Part shown: positions 42,786 through 59,637 of the stretch, piece after piece
How positions within the stretch are numbered: position 1 is the first letter of the stretch
Layout of the letters: every line of letters starts with the position of its first letter
NCBI RefSeq assembly: GCF_009914755.1
Contig: NC_060933.1
Length of the DNA stretch: 64,000 nt
Origin: the human T2T-CHM13v2.0 reference genome, Homo sapiens
Direction: 5' to 3' (one strand)
Program-made: the position numbers and the translations under genes
Notes under the pieces: model-generated
What the model saw: the letters and a program-made list of their open reading frames with translations, nothing else
Told to the model about the DNA's origin: nothing
The model's database searches: none

Positions 42786-43430
42786 ATTAAATTTAAGGCA
42801 AATGTATAACCATTTGAATGGCGCTATGTGTAACTTGATTGATGCCATCATCTTTCAAAAATTATAATCTACTCATGCTACACTCTTGCTGAAAATACAG
42901 CATTGACTCCGTTATCTACACAATAAAATCTGGATCCACAGATAAGAGTAAGTGAGACCTAACTTAAAGTTTAAAAAATTGGAGTTCATTTATCAGCATT
43001 GGTGGTTTTGTGAATCCCTTGGAATTAAAAGTAAATGTGATGTCTATTCTTTTCTCTTGGATTCCACTGCTTTCATAAAAAGGTGGGACACCATAAAAAC
43101 CATAGATCTGTTATCTGTTATCTCTAGAACTCTAGTCATATGACAAATAAATAATTAAGGAAAACCAATATAGTTTCACATGCAAAAAAGGATTATTTAA
43201 TGAATTTGTATTTTTTGGAAGAAATTCAGTCAGAAATTCATCAACACTGGTCATTTCAACTAATCATTAGGCTCAGAGTGCAGTCTTACGAGGTTACTAG
43301 GTGAAGCCTGGCCTTTCTTCAGTGGTATATAAATAGCTTAAATACGACTTGAAAGCTGATTTTCAGTTGTATAGACATTGAAGGCTAGAAGATAAGAATG
43401 CTTCTAAACATGTAGTGACTCTTTCTCCAG

Positions 43431-44990
43431 GACAGACCAAAGTAGACTCCCTATGATAGGCTTTAGTCAGATACTGGATTCTCAGAATGGCTCACCCAAT
43501 TAGTGATGATGAGATTGTATATTTCATGGTATCATTTAACATCTAGGCACAGGCCTGGGTCAGAGCTGCAGGACTGCATCCCTGAGACCTGGTAAGTTAG
43601 CTTACAAAATTCATATATTTGGAGGAGTCAGATCCCATAGACCTTCAGAGGAGGCTGTGTGAACTCTACCCTGTGACTTAGTCGAGACATTTATACCTAG
43701 GTATAGGTTCTTGATAAATTGGTGATAGAGCAGTTATGTTGAGGGATCTCCAGGTCTTTGTAAAGGAAGGTGTTGTGAAGAGTTGTGAAGAACTGGAGGA
43801 TATAGTGGGAGACACCAGTCCTTATAGTCCAGAGTTCTCAGTTACAAAAAGTTCTGATTCTGAAAAAGTAAATGGTGTGAAGAATTGCAAAGAAGGAGTT
43901 TATTTTAAAAGTTTGGATGTTGAGGTATCTTTTTCCTAAGCTCTGGCATAAGAGGAGTCTAGAAATTCAGTGTCAATAGAGAAGTTTCTCAGAAGAATGT
44001 GAACAGTTCCAAAGGAAGAAGACAAGGCAATACCTTGGTTACCCAAGGAGGTCCTCAAGGAGATGCCATGCAGTCAGACTTTCTTGAGGCAATTACACTT
44101 CATTCTAGTTTACAAAAAGATTTCCATTTTAATTTTCACTGAGTTACAGTGAGATTCACTGGCCATTTTGTGGGCCAAAGTACCATAGAATTGACACAGT
44201 ACCAATGTGTAGCATGTGAGCAAGCCAAATCTTGATTTGACATCCATTGGAGAACACACACAGGAGAGAGAATCTTTATGGAGAAGGCTTCATGAAGTGT
44301 TGGGACCTCTGTGTTCACCAGAGGATCCACACAGGAGAGAAACTATACACATGTGACATATGTCATGAAAGATTCATCCATGAGTTATACTGAATGGTCC
44401 TAAGAGGATCCATATGGAAGAGAAAACATACCACTGTAGATTGTGAAAAATGCTTCAGCTGCAAGAGAAACCTCAATACTCCCCAAAGAATCCATTTAGG
44501 CACTAAACTATTTGAGTGTCTACAGCAGTGCTGTGAAATAGAAATATAATCTTAGCCACAAATGCAAGCCACATATGTAATTCAGAATTTTCCAGTAGCC
44601 ACATTAAAAAACCAGAAATAGATTACATTAACTTTAATAATATATTTTATGTAGCCCAATATATCAAAAATATTATTTCAACATGTAATCAATATAAAAA
44701 ATTATACATGGTATTTAATATTCTTTTTTTTGTGTCCCAAAGTCTTTTAAATCTAGCATGTATTTTGTACTTACAGGACATCTGAATTTGGACTAACCAT
44801 ATTACTAGTGCTCAGTAGCCACATGTGGCTGTTACTATATTGGACTGTGCAGGTCTACTAAGTGGCCAAACCTTTTGTCACTTGGAAAACCTTAAATGCC
44901 ATAAAAAAATACACTCAGTAACATCTCACATAAATGCCACAAATGATACCTAATTAAGTCCAAGTAGTGTTCTAACCCAAAAATAAAGTT
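43431..44990 (+). pseudogene. Degenerate ZSCAN5-like SCAN + C2H2 zinc-finger pseudogene (stops, frameshifts, internal deletions, MER33 insertion)
   Basis: Manual translation gives SCAN-like RPGSEL..PETW*V..EESDPI..RRLCEL..VLDKLVIEQ..DLQVFVKEGVVKSCEELEDIV (partly ORF 43736..43939). Five finger relics run from 44200, with HTGER (44257-44271) and HTGEK (44328-44342) linkers. AATAAA at 44982-44987. Confidence 0.85.
44526..44852 (+). mobile_element. MER33-like hAT-Charlie DNA transposon inside the last zinc finger
   Basis: CAGTGCTGTG..TGGACTGTGCAG termini; degenerate 8-bp TSD gtctacag (44518-44525) / gtctacta (44853-44860). Confidence 0.8.
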
Positions 44991-45075
44991 AACATTGATT
45001 TCTAATCAACTATGTTCTGAAGTAAGTGACATAATGCAAGAACTTAGAAAAGTGCTTAGCTTATGGTAATGCTCA

Positions 45076-45412
<337 letters not shown>

Positions 45413-46029
45413 TTACTTTTTAAATTTAACAAATAGTGAGTTTTTTATTTCTAAGATTTTCTTTATATTTTCCAGGGAGATCTTTATTTAAGAAAGGCAG
45501 CCTATTTTTCTTTCTGATATGTTTATCCTCTTATCTCTTACAAAAATAAGGAAAAAATTTAAATTGCTATTCCCTTTCTATTAGCTCTATTTCGATGGGG
45601 GTTATTTGCTTTGATTGCTTCCCTGGCCCACTTTTTAGAGTGGCTGATCCATTTCATATATTTGGTTATTTTTCATGGTCTGCTAATATTTATAAATGAA
45701 ATATTTGGTCATTCGGTGTGGGCAACCAATGTGGTCACTGCTTGAAATTATGTGGGCTAATGTTTGTTTTTTCCTGATTGATTTTCCCCCAAGAATGTGT
45801 AGGCAGATGATTGATAAGTTGGTGGTTTGATTCTTTAGCTCCATTTCTTCTCCTTTAAATGTGTTGGATGGATTTGGGCTGTACTATAGAATGAGTTGAG
45901 GGCCTGTGGGTGGCTACTGTTTAATGTGGGTGGCAAGTATTAAAATTATTTTAAAATGATAGGATTAAGCACCTGATTAGAATATTCACTTTTTATCTAT
46001 AACATTTAACATGCTATATTTCTTTGCAG

Positions 46030-46134
46030 AAATACACATGGCTTGATAAAAGCCATTATGCACTTACTACAAATGCAAGCTCTTAAGGAAGGACAAGGTG
46101 GGGAAAAGAATATTCAGAGTATATATACCATTAG
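46030..46134 (+). CDS. FOCAD: Focadhesin coding exon 4 (NTHGLIKAIMHLLQMQALKEGQGGEKNIQSIYTI-R)
   Basis: tctttgcAG| acceptor, AG|GTAAGC donor; 105 nt, phase 2-2, continues the frame. Confidence 0.93.
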
Positions 46135-47947
46135 GTAAGCCTTTTTTCTGTTTTTTTTTTAAACAAATATGAATTTTTAATGAAATTATTAACTGTGACA
46201 TGATAATCCAGTAAGAATTAGTTATTTTATTCAGCAGGATATGCACACAGTGATTGTGGGTGTTGACCTCTCAGGAAGTTAGCGTTTCAAAGACTCAGAG
46301 GATTGAGATAGAGTTGACAAGATGAGTATCACCAATGTGGGTTTCAGGGTTGCTAATTTGGAATTGAAATCTTTTACCTAAAACTCAGATTATTCTGTTT
46401 ACTCTAGAATATGTAACCATCTTCACAGTATTATGAAAATGGAAGACTTCATTGAACAAAGATATCTAAAGCAGGGGGGGATTTAGGTTAGGCAGGATGG
46501 TAATCTGCCTTACTATAAAAAGCAATAGGAGACTGCTATTTCCAAGTGACTTAGGCCAAGGTCAGTAGTTAGGAGTGTTGATTTGCCTTTTCTTTGTCAT
46601 CTGTAGAATGTAATAAGGTAGAATTGTTTTAAAAAAATAAAATACACACAGTAGCAATAATACTACAATGCATTGGATTTTCTGGGGGAGTTGTGGTCAA
46701 GGGAGGGAATCATACTTCCTTGTGAAGGTGACCTTACCTATTGCCTTGAAGGACCCAGGAAGCCATCTCTTAAGAGAGGGGCTCTGAGTTAGCAGAGGAC
46801 CCAGAAGATGCATGTGATCAGTGTATGTTGCCCTAGGAACTCTGTTCAGTGAGGCATTCAGAATGTGTCTGCTTCAAAAGAATGACAGCATGGAACCATA
46901 AAGAAGGGCATTGATTCATGTGGGGAAGATGGCTTACATGGGCTATGGTGATCAAACAGGGAAAGGAAATCAGGTACTTTTGCTGTGAGCCACCACTGAA
47001 TTGATCTTACAGCACCTGTAGTCTTCAGTATTTGACAACACAGGTATCAGAAGTGTGAGAGAGTCTCTCTTCAAAATACAGAGGGGTGTCTATCACTTAC
47101 CTGTATTTATAGTGCTTTCTTTTTGATAATAAGTAAACAGTATCTCATATACTGTAAATGGGATGGTCTGTGTCGTGGTATATCTCATATACCATGATCT
47201 TCCGTGTAATTTTTAGTGCTATTTGTGATCTCTTATTTTTATGAATACATTATTGTTTCTTAAGGCATTTTTTTAAACAAAGTCATATTTGCATTTTATA
47301 TTTTTTCTTAACATATTTTGTGAATATCTTCAAACATACAAGTTGGAAGAATGTGGTACAATGAATTAATTTATTTTTAAATAAGGGAAGCAAAAGGAAA
47401 ATTATTTATTTGAAAATACTATGAAAACTTGAGGTCTGCAGAGTAAAGCTTTCCAAATCGGTAAATATGCTTTTTTTTTTTTTTTTTTTTTTTTTAACAT
47501 AGTGGTGTCCTTTGTGACGTAAGGGTTTATTCTTTATCCATTGCCTTGGCTAGAATTGAACCTGCAGAGTAAATGAGCACATTTTAATATTTCTGAATAA
47601 ACATCTGCATTTCCTCCTTTTTAAAAAGAAATTCAAACTCTTGGGCCAGAGTTCAGGATAGAAAATAATTCAATTTAGTTGTTGTTAAGATGGGCTTATT
47701 TATTTCTAAATAGGGAAGCTATTGAAGTTTTTAATTGAAATTTTTATGTAACAGTTTTATGGAGATATAATTCACATATGAGTGACCCATTTAAAATGTA
47801 TGATTCAGTGACTTTTACTCCATTCACAAAGTTATGCCACCATCACCATAATCAATTTTAGAACATCTTCATCATCTCCAAAGAAATTCCTTACCAATTA
47901 GCCGTCACTCCATATTTTCTCCCCTCTCAGGGAAGTATTTTTAGTTC

Positions 47948-48420
47948 AATGCTTCCCAACATTGGTGCCCATTAGAACCACCTGGGTGTGCTTAAAAAGA
48001 GACAAACATGGTAACGATCAAATACCCTAGATAAAATGAATCCGAATCTCCGCCATGAGGCCTAGTGGTTTTAAAAGTGTCCTAGGTGATTGTCATTCAC
48101 AATGAGTACAAAGTGGTGTGTCAGCTGCTCTAAAATGTGCATCCTAATTACTTGGGGACCTTGTTGAAGTGCAGATTCTTTTTCCTTAGTCTAGTGTGGG
48201 CTCAAGATTCTTGTCTAACAGGCTCCCAGGTGATGCTGATGCTGCTTTTGCCCTACCACACTGTTGAGTAGCAGAGCTACCGCCGCATCGGCATACCTGT
48301 GAACCTGTGAAGAATGCAGAACCTTGGACTCCATCTAAGAGTGCCAGAGTCAGAACTGCATTTTAGAAAGATTTTCTACGTAATTTATAGGCACCTTAAA
48401 GTATAAGAAGCATCAGTTTA
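47948..48420. mobile_element. Cluster of MER5-type hAT elements
   Basis: Repeated attagaa(t)cacctggg / aacaggctcccaggtgatgctgatgctgc motifs; similar copies at ~49410-49600, 50366-50522 and 62266-62553. Confidence 0.6.
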
Positions 48421-50862
48421 GATGATGGTAAAAAGAAGTTTTCTATAATGCAGAGAATTTGGGTTACTCTCATTTTAATCCTGATTGTCTTCACCGTGTG
48501 CAATTGTTAGACCTTTAATTATCTGTAATGTTTGACCTTTTAATTCATTTTTTCCTATAGTTGGTTCTTTTAACTTCAGTCTTGTTTCAAAAGGCAATTG
48601 CTGCAAGGTGTGAATAGGAAGCCTAGTTTGAGAAGCTGAGAAGAATTGGATACATAGGCTTGTCTTTAGATACGTGGCACATTAAGAGGTCCGTAATCAA
48701 TCACCTGAGTTGGCATAATCTGGTAATGTTTATGGAGAGCCCTTATGTGAATGGCCGTTTGGCACTATAAATCAGTAGAGAGTAATTGAGTGTATAAGAG
48801 CCTTAAGTTCCTCCAAGGGGGATTGTGGATGGCAGAAACAGAGGAGAGGTGAGCCTGAAGAGCATATTCCCCTCAAGAGAGCTATGATTACCTGAGTCAA
48901 TCATAAAATTGTCATGCTGTTTTAGAGCCTTCTTTGCCACATGTTGGTTAGCAATATCATCCAGCCTTAGAGAGGCAACTGATGAGCTGTGTATGAAAGC
49001 ATAAAAGGGATATGAGAAACTTAGAACTCCACTGAGAGGTGTTTTCTGGTTATTCTGTAGGATTAATTTAAAATAGAAGGAGTATGGCAAATAAGTGTAA
49101 GCTTTCTGAGCATGCAGCTAATCTGTGTTTTTATGGTATTAAGCACTGTGCCAGTATTCAGCTGGGGCTTAAGTATTTCTTACTTCTTTTTCTTCTAATA
49201 GCTGATTAATTTGAATCACAGTGCAACAGAATACTTGGTCATCTTAAATGGTCTGTGCTGAACCAAATAAGTTGTACCAGTATGGGAGTGGACAGAAAAC
49301 AAGAGATATGAGAACCAAGAATGTTAGGCGGTGGTTTCCCTTAGCCCCTCTGAATTTTATGAAGGAGCTCTAGAGATGGTATTCTTTTTATTGTACCTAG
49401 AGCTTAGTTAGTGGTTCTCAAACTTGTCTTGCATAAGAACCACTGGGGCAGCGTGTTAAAAGTACAGCTTCTGAATCCCACTTGCCAGAGATTCTTATTC
49501 ATTCAGTGGGTTTTGTGTGAGGCTCAGAAATCAGCATGTTACCCATTTGCTCAGTGATATGGAAATATGTCATTTGTGGATTACACATGAGAACTATTGC
49601 TTCAGTATCTGGGAGCTTGATGGTTCCATACGTGAGCTTCAAGGTCCCCTTTGAGGTAGACTAGAGGGGATCTTGGGTGGCTTACCTATGCCTCCTTTTC
49701 TTTGTCTATTTGGGTGGCAAGAAGTCTGTATCTTCCTAAGTACCAAGGCACCAAGTTTGTCTTACATGTGTCAGTCATGGACAATAGAGAGGCCAAGAGC
49801 AGAAGCAAACAGTGACTGTAAAGGAAAAGCACTCCAAAGAGAGCAAGCCAACTTTGGATGCTAGAGAGAAAATGTAAGAGATCATGGGTTTGTTCAATGA
49901 AAAAATTCCATGGCCCCAACACATGTTAGTGTTCTTCATGGTCAGACGGTGGGTGGGTGGTTGTGGGAGGAGGAGGGGAAGAGAACCTTGAACATCCTCT
50001 TAGAAACTGACACTTGTTTACTGTGCATAAGGAGCTCATCTTTGGAGTTTTTAATGTTTGGAGCATGGCCCAGACTTCTGCATTTTTAACACGGGATTTG
50101 AATGGAAGTGGTTTACTGACCAGGCTTTGAGAAACACTGGATTAGAATCATATGTAGTTAATGCAGCTTATATTGCTTAACTGGACCCTCCTTTCTAAGC
50201 AGTCTTTTCTTTAGCTTTGTGGCTTAAACAAGATTAGGCATAGATATTTAAATAAGGCTGCAACTCTCAGTTACCTTTGTAACTGGAAGCATAGTGCAGT
50301 ACATTTGGCTACTGTGATTAGCTAAGGAGCATATGCCAAGTATAAAACTCTAGACCCATGAGTCTCAACTCTGTCTGCACATTAGAGCCCTCTTAGGAGC
50401 TTTAAAATATATGGATGACTGGGCTTTACCCAGAATGACTGAAGGGTTGGTCTTAGGTGTTGGTATTTTTTTAAAAGCTTCCCACGTGATTTCCAGCGTG
50501 CAGGTAAGGGTGGAGAACTGCTGGCCAATTGTTGCCATGAAACAGTGGGACTTCATTGTTGCCACACGTTCAGATCTTTCAATATAAATAAAGTTTTTAT
50601 GTGAAATCTCCTGACTGAATGCTGACAACCAATTCAAACTTTTCAAAATGTAGGGTAGGTAGACAAAACACATCTGCTCACAAGATGCAATCAGTGGGCA
50701 ACAAGTTTGTGACCTCTGATGCAGGTACTATTTTCAAGAATTTCAGAAGCCACTTTCTAGTTATACTAATTAACATTTTTTTAAACCACTATGTAGTATC
50801 CTTTAGTTCAGACTTTCTTTTTTTCTCCCTTTTTTATTTGGTCTGAATTTTCTTTTGTTTAG

Positions 50863-51187
<325 letters not shown>

Positions 51188-52259
51188 TGTTTAAACATTT
51201 TCTAATATTGATCGTGCAGGAAGTGGGCAGAGAATCAATATTTCGCTAGTGTTTTGGTTGCAGGGAAGAATAAATAAATTTTCATGGGTTGTAAATTATT
51301 AGAGGCTCATTTTCTTATTTGCTTTGTAAGATGCCATTTTTCCCCTAAATTTTATCATGTGCTTTTGCTTTTAATTTTTTCTCTGCATATTCATATTATG
51401 GCAATCTTTTAAAGATCTCTCTTCCCTCAGCTAAAGTGAGGAAATAGCTGTGAATTCATGAGCAGTAACTGCTTGTTCCAGAATTCGTGTATTTTTCTGA
51501 TGTGCCAGACAGTGGCTGACATGCACAAATATCAAATGTTAAGAATCTTATTTGTGGGAAGGTTTGGTCTGGTAAACATGAAGCTGTACTTTCTGAAATA
51601 AGGGAATATTAAATGTTCGTGGCAGATGGTGTGCTCGGAAGTGGACAATTAGGCCAACAGTAATGGATGATTGTACCCTGAGTAGATTAAAGTTATGTGC
51701 TCTATGTTTGTATTTGTTCATCTATTTGTGTAATAGTATATAGTTTATTTGGAGGGAGAGTTAAGTTTAAGGACTTAAAGACGTGTATCCTAAAGGCTGA
51801 GATTTTGTAATTCATATTGGTTTATTTCCTTATCACTGAGGGCAAATGTGTTCATCACTTAAGGCCATCAAATAAAGAAAAGCAATAGCAAGTCCAAGAT
51901 AAATACTGATTTAAGTGCGCAAAGACCAGTGTGTGGTTGTGGATATCAAAATGTAGCCCCATTTTTAATTTCAATAACTAGCTTTTTAAGCATTGTTTTT
52001 GCATTTTCTCCTATTGTCTGTTTTGAAGGAAGACATGGAGCCAGCTGCATGAAGAGTGTTTCAGATGAAGGAAAAGCAAGTGCCTAGAAGCTTGGCACAT
52101 GAGAGGAACTAACAGGAGGCAGAGTGGCTGGAGTTTAGTGCTCTAGGGAGGGGAGGCCGGGACATTGGCTCAGGAGAAGTAGGCACGGGCTAGAATATGA
52201 AAGGCCATGGCAAAGACCGGGTTTTACTTAAAGAGCCGTGGGAAGTCATTAAAAACATT

Positions 52260-53550
52260 TCTTTTTAACTTACTGTATTGAAATAATTTTAAAGTTCGAG
52301 AAAAGTTACAAGAATAGCACCAAAGACTCCCATGTACCATTTACCCAGATTTATCAGTGTTTTTGCTCTTTGCCATGTTTGCATTATCATTATCTCTGTA
52401 TAATTAATAAAAACCATTTGAGAGTAGATTGGAAACATTCAAGAGTGTGTTTTCTAAGAACAAGGATATTCTCTTATATAACCAGAATATAAAATTGAAC
52501 ATTGATATAATACTTTTTATAACATACAGTCCATATTCCAGTTTTGTCTGTTGTCTCAATAATGTCCTGCCTTTTGCCGCCTTACTTTTTAATGTATAGG
52601 ATCTAGTTTAGGATCACCTGTTGCCTTTGGTTGCCATACCTTTTTAGCCTTTTAACATCTGGAACTGTTTCTCATCCTTTCTTTGTTTTTCATGGTGTTG
52701 GCATTTTTGAATTCCATATAAATGACGCTGTGTCCTTCTGAGGTTAATCACATCTGGAGGTACTGGTGTCCCTCTTGCCCCTCATTGGGGATTTTAATTT
52801 TGGCTACACAGTCGAGGTAGTGTGTGGTTTCTGTACTGAATAGTTATCATTTTTTTGAACTAATAAGCGATCTGTGGGGAATACATTTTGAGACCATGCA
52901 AATATTCTGCTCCTCATTAAGCTCAGCACTCCCAACCAATTTTCACTGTGATGACTACAAAATGGTGATTTTCCCAACTCCACCACTCCCTTTATGTTTA
53001 TTAGTGGCAAAAGAGATAGCTATTTGGTTTAGAGGTGGAAATGACTATTAAGCTATCAATCAAGGATATTAAGGAGATATATCAGATTCTGATTTGGACT
53101 TATTTTCTAAGGGAAATCCAAGTTAAATTTTTTTTTACATTAGCAGTATACTTATACTGCTGATAAATGTGCTTTCTAAAATTAAAAATAGTATGTGGCT
53201 GAGTTAAGTCTGAAATATTTTAAATCCCTTTTTATTGAGATATAATTTATGTACTATAAAATTCACTCTTAAAGCGTACAAGTCAGTAGATTTTATTATA
53301 GTCAGGAAGTTATGTAACCATAATCACTGTCTAATTCCAGAATATTTTCATCACCCCAAAAAGAAACCTCATACCCGTTATCAGTCATTCCCCAATACTC
53401 TCTATTCCCAGCCCCTGGAAAACACTACTATTTGTGTCTTTGGATTTGCCTTATAAGTGGAACAATACAGTGTGGCTTCTTTCACTTAGCATAATGTTTT
53501 CAAGGTTTCATTCATGTTGTAGCATGCATCCATACTTCATTCCTTTTAAT
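52260..53550 (-). mobile_element. Old L1M fragments (MC-type then MB-type)
   Basis: aagttacaagaatag..aacaaggatattctct..; ttttattgagatataattt..cttctttcacttagcataatgttttcaagg. Confidence 0.6.
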
Positions 53551-56500
53551 CCATTCCATAGATATAAAATTTTATTTATCTTGGAATTTTTTGATGCTAA
53601 GACCATTTGCATTTTTAGTGTTTTTTTTTTTTGCCTTTTATATATATTTTAAAGGTAAACTACTTTTTGTAAGTTATTGAAAATGAACTGTAGTCTTTAG
53701 AGTAGTTTAGTTATTGTTTTTCATATCTACATACATTTCATTATTACATTTACTGTTTCTTAATGATGTTGCTCATCCTCTAACTCTTAAAAAAATCGAC
53801 GATCAGCTATTATCTTATGGTTTTATTGTCAAAGTGAGCATTTTGCTTTTGGGGGGTTGATTATTTCATTACTTGAATATATTACCTGAAGGGATCTCCT
53901 GAGGTATAAATGTTTGGTTTTACTTAGCATAATGTAAGTATGACACCTATACAATCAAGCTGCCATAAGGGATTGAAACCAGTGGAATACATTAATACAA
54001 TAATTAATTTTATTTTTATTTTGCTGAAGTTATAACAACTTACACTCAGGGAGCCACCATTTCTGGACAGAACATATCATATAACTTTTTAAATTTTTTT
54101 TTGGAAATGGTCTTTATAGTTTTTTTGAAAGCAGGAGTTCTAAGGAGACTGAGTTGTAGCAACTACCTAAGATATACTTAGGTTTAATTTACTGGTATGT
54201 AGCCTTTTTTGGGAGGGTGGTCAGGACCTTCTTAAGAATTACATAAAAGTTTTGGACTTTCTCCTATTATAGAAAATGTACACATGCATATATACTAAAA
54301 ATTTTACATATGGTTTCAGAGGGCTTGTAGAAATCATTATAGAAAAATCAGAGAAAGAAGATGGGAAAGGATGTAGTCAGATTCACTCCTGAAAAAGCCC
54401 AATGGAGTTAAGGATAAAGAGGAAGGTAGGGCAGTAATTGAGAAAACATAGCTAGTAATACTTTTCAAGGGCCATCTGTCTCTTTGCAGTTCCATTCTTT
54501 CTCTCTAGCTACATGTTTTGCTCCTGTTTTTATTTCCTCTTTTCCTTCTTCTTTTCCACTCAGGAAAGTCTTTATTCACAATTTATGGGTCTAATCACCT
54601 GGGGTTTACACCTAAGATTTATAATCAGACTTTTAGAATAAGCTGCACCCATCATACAGTCTTCCAGTTAGCAGTAGCCACCAGAAAACACTTTATATGT
54701 TCTTCTAATTGTAGATGTTTAATTGAAAGATTGGGATTATAATTTGCTGCTAAATGTCTTTAAGGCCACAAAAATGTTGTAGTTTTTGCCTATTATCCTA
54801 TTTGTTTGTCTCTAGGTGTTTTTTTTCCCCCAGTGATCATAGCACACAACTTAATGAAAGGAAGGTTGTGGATCCCTAAGTACATTTATGTTTCCCCCCA
54901 ACCAATTACTTTGTACTTAAAATAGTTCCAGACTTCTGACATTGGCAGGCACCATTGCATTAAAACCCTGGCTCTCTAAAAGGGATTCTGGGAAAGGTTC
55001 ATTGTTGGGGGAGAATCGTTGTAATAGGAAGTATATTTTCAAAGAAAGGAATCTTATGCTGTCTCTGCCTTATAGACTCAAAGAAAAGATGTTGTGACTC
55101 AAAAATGACAAAATTAAAGTTGCTTTGCTCGAAGTCTTTCTAGGAGCTTATGTGGGAAGGATAAAGATGCATTTGTCTTAAAATTGTGTTGTAGGATATA
55201 TAGAAATTCACAATTATTGTTTAGTTTTTCCTTTTGAATTATTATTTCTTCTTTATAGTGATATTCATGGTGGAATCTTCATAATTTTTCGTTATGCATC
55301 TTCTAACTTAAAATCTGCAGATTAAAAAAATCTCTTTTTAGCTTCTAACCAGCAGTTTCAAATAAAAATTCAGAGCAGGTAGAGAAATGCTTTTAAAATG
55401 CATATTTGATGTAGTAAGTGCTATGCTATGCTTCTGAAAGCACCAGGGTCACAGCTGCATACATGAAAATGCATGGTGACTGCAGGCATTGTTTCCTCAC
55501 ACAGAAAAGGCAATCTGTGTCTGTCGCTGAATTTATGATGTAAATCAAATCATAGCTTTCCTATATTCAGAGATGTAGCAAGAAGGTTGAGGTGACCTAA
55601 AGGTTACAAATAACTTTTGCTTTTTGATTTGCCTATCACAGACTATTTTTTTTAACCCCCTCATTTCTATTAGGATTGATGTGTTTATACTTGGAAAGGT
55701 GAATCCAGTTACAGATTTTATCATTGCCTCTGTGCTAGTCTGGGGGAACCATGCATTTATCATTCACTCCTTCCTCACTCCATTCTGTTAGGATGCATGT
55801 ACTGTACTGCTCTGTGCTGTTGATGATATTAATAAAGAGTGGGAACACTGAAATATTAGGTACCAACTCTGTGTGCTTCCTCTGCTTTTTTCTTCTCTGA
55901 ACAGTGTTGACTTTGGGACAATGTGCTAGAGGGACTGTGATAAATTGGCTTCCCATGATCCTGTTTATTCTGTCATTTGCAACAACATGAATCAACCAGT
56001 TTAAGAGTTTAAAAAGGTGATTTGGGGAAAGTGTGTATGTGATAATTACGTTTATTGTAGATAGGCATTTGGCACTGAAAGGGAAACAAAAAGATTAAGA
56101 AGACACATACCCAGCTTTCATGCTGCTTATGCTGTAATTTAATAAACAAACCTATCTTGATGATAATCATAATTGTACCCACTTGTGTAGTTCTTCTATT
56201 TGCTAGATATTATATTAAATGCTTTACTTAAAATAGCAATTAAAATATTTGCAAATCACGAAATGGGGAAGTGCCAAAGGAGGTACAACAAATTGGATCA
56301 TCTATTGCAGAAAAACAACAACAAAAAATGCACACAGTGAAGGAGACATTAGAGGCACTAGAGACCAATGAAGGGTGACCTGACTGCCTGGTTTGTATTG
56401 ATCTTGATATTTAGAAATAATACAATTCTCTATTAAGGAGAAAGCAGAATCTATTGGCTATCTCAGGAGTTAGGAAATTCAGATTAAAAAATTTCTGTGG

Positions 56501-56955
56501 GCTCTTCCTGGACATAACACTTCCTTCTGAAATAAAAAAATATAGGGTGATTTATCTCTGAGCTAAAAATAGAAGTCCTTTTTTTTGAGGACTTAGATTT
56601 TATTAGACATTGGGCTTAGAGCCATTTAAGCTTGGCATAGAATTATTAGTAGCTGAGAGCTGCCACCTTTAATACTTTTTGCCTTTACAGGGTTTGTTTG
56701 CATCTGTAGTCCTGAGCAGTCTTAAGGTTAGGGTTTTAATGGGTGGCTTGGGTTATACAGTATTCGCTCTGGAAAGTATTTAGTCTGATCGCCTTATTTT
56801 ATTATTGGTGAAGAAACTTTGGCCAAGAGAGGTTAATTCTCTTGCTTGAGATCACTTGATTTGTGGCAGAGCCAGGATGTAAATTTGGAACTTTTGATTC
56901 TTTTAATTCAGTTCTTTTCCCTCACAATTTTATCTCACCTCTCCACTTCCATTTT

Positions 56956-59637
<2,682 letters not shown>

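Noticed and set aside
50531-50543. X-box-like GTTGCCATGAAAC
   Set aside because: A single imperfect motif next to a MER5 with no other supporting structure.
55449-55481. Small hairpin gtcac..tgcat..atgca..gtgac
   Set aside because: The stems are short and I see no snoRNA or miRNA hallmarks.
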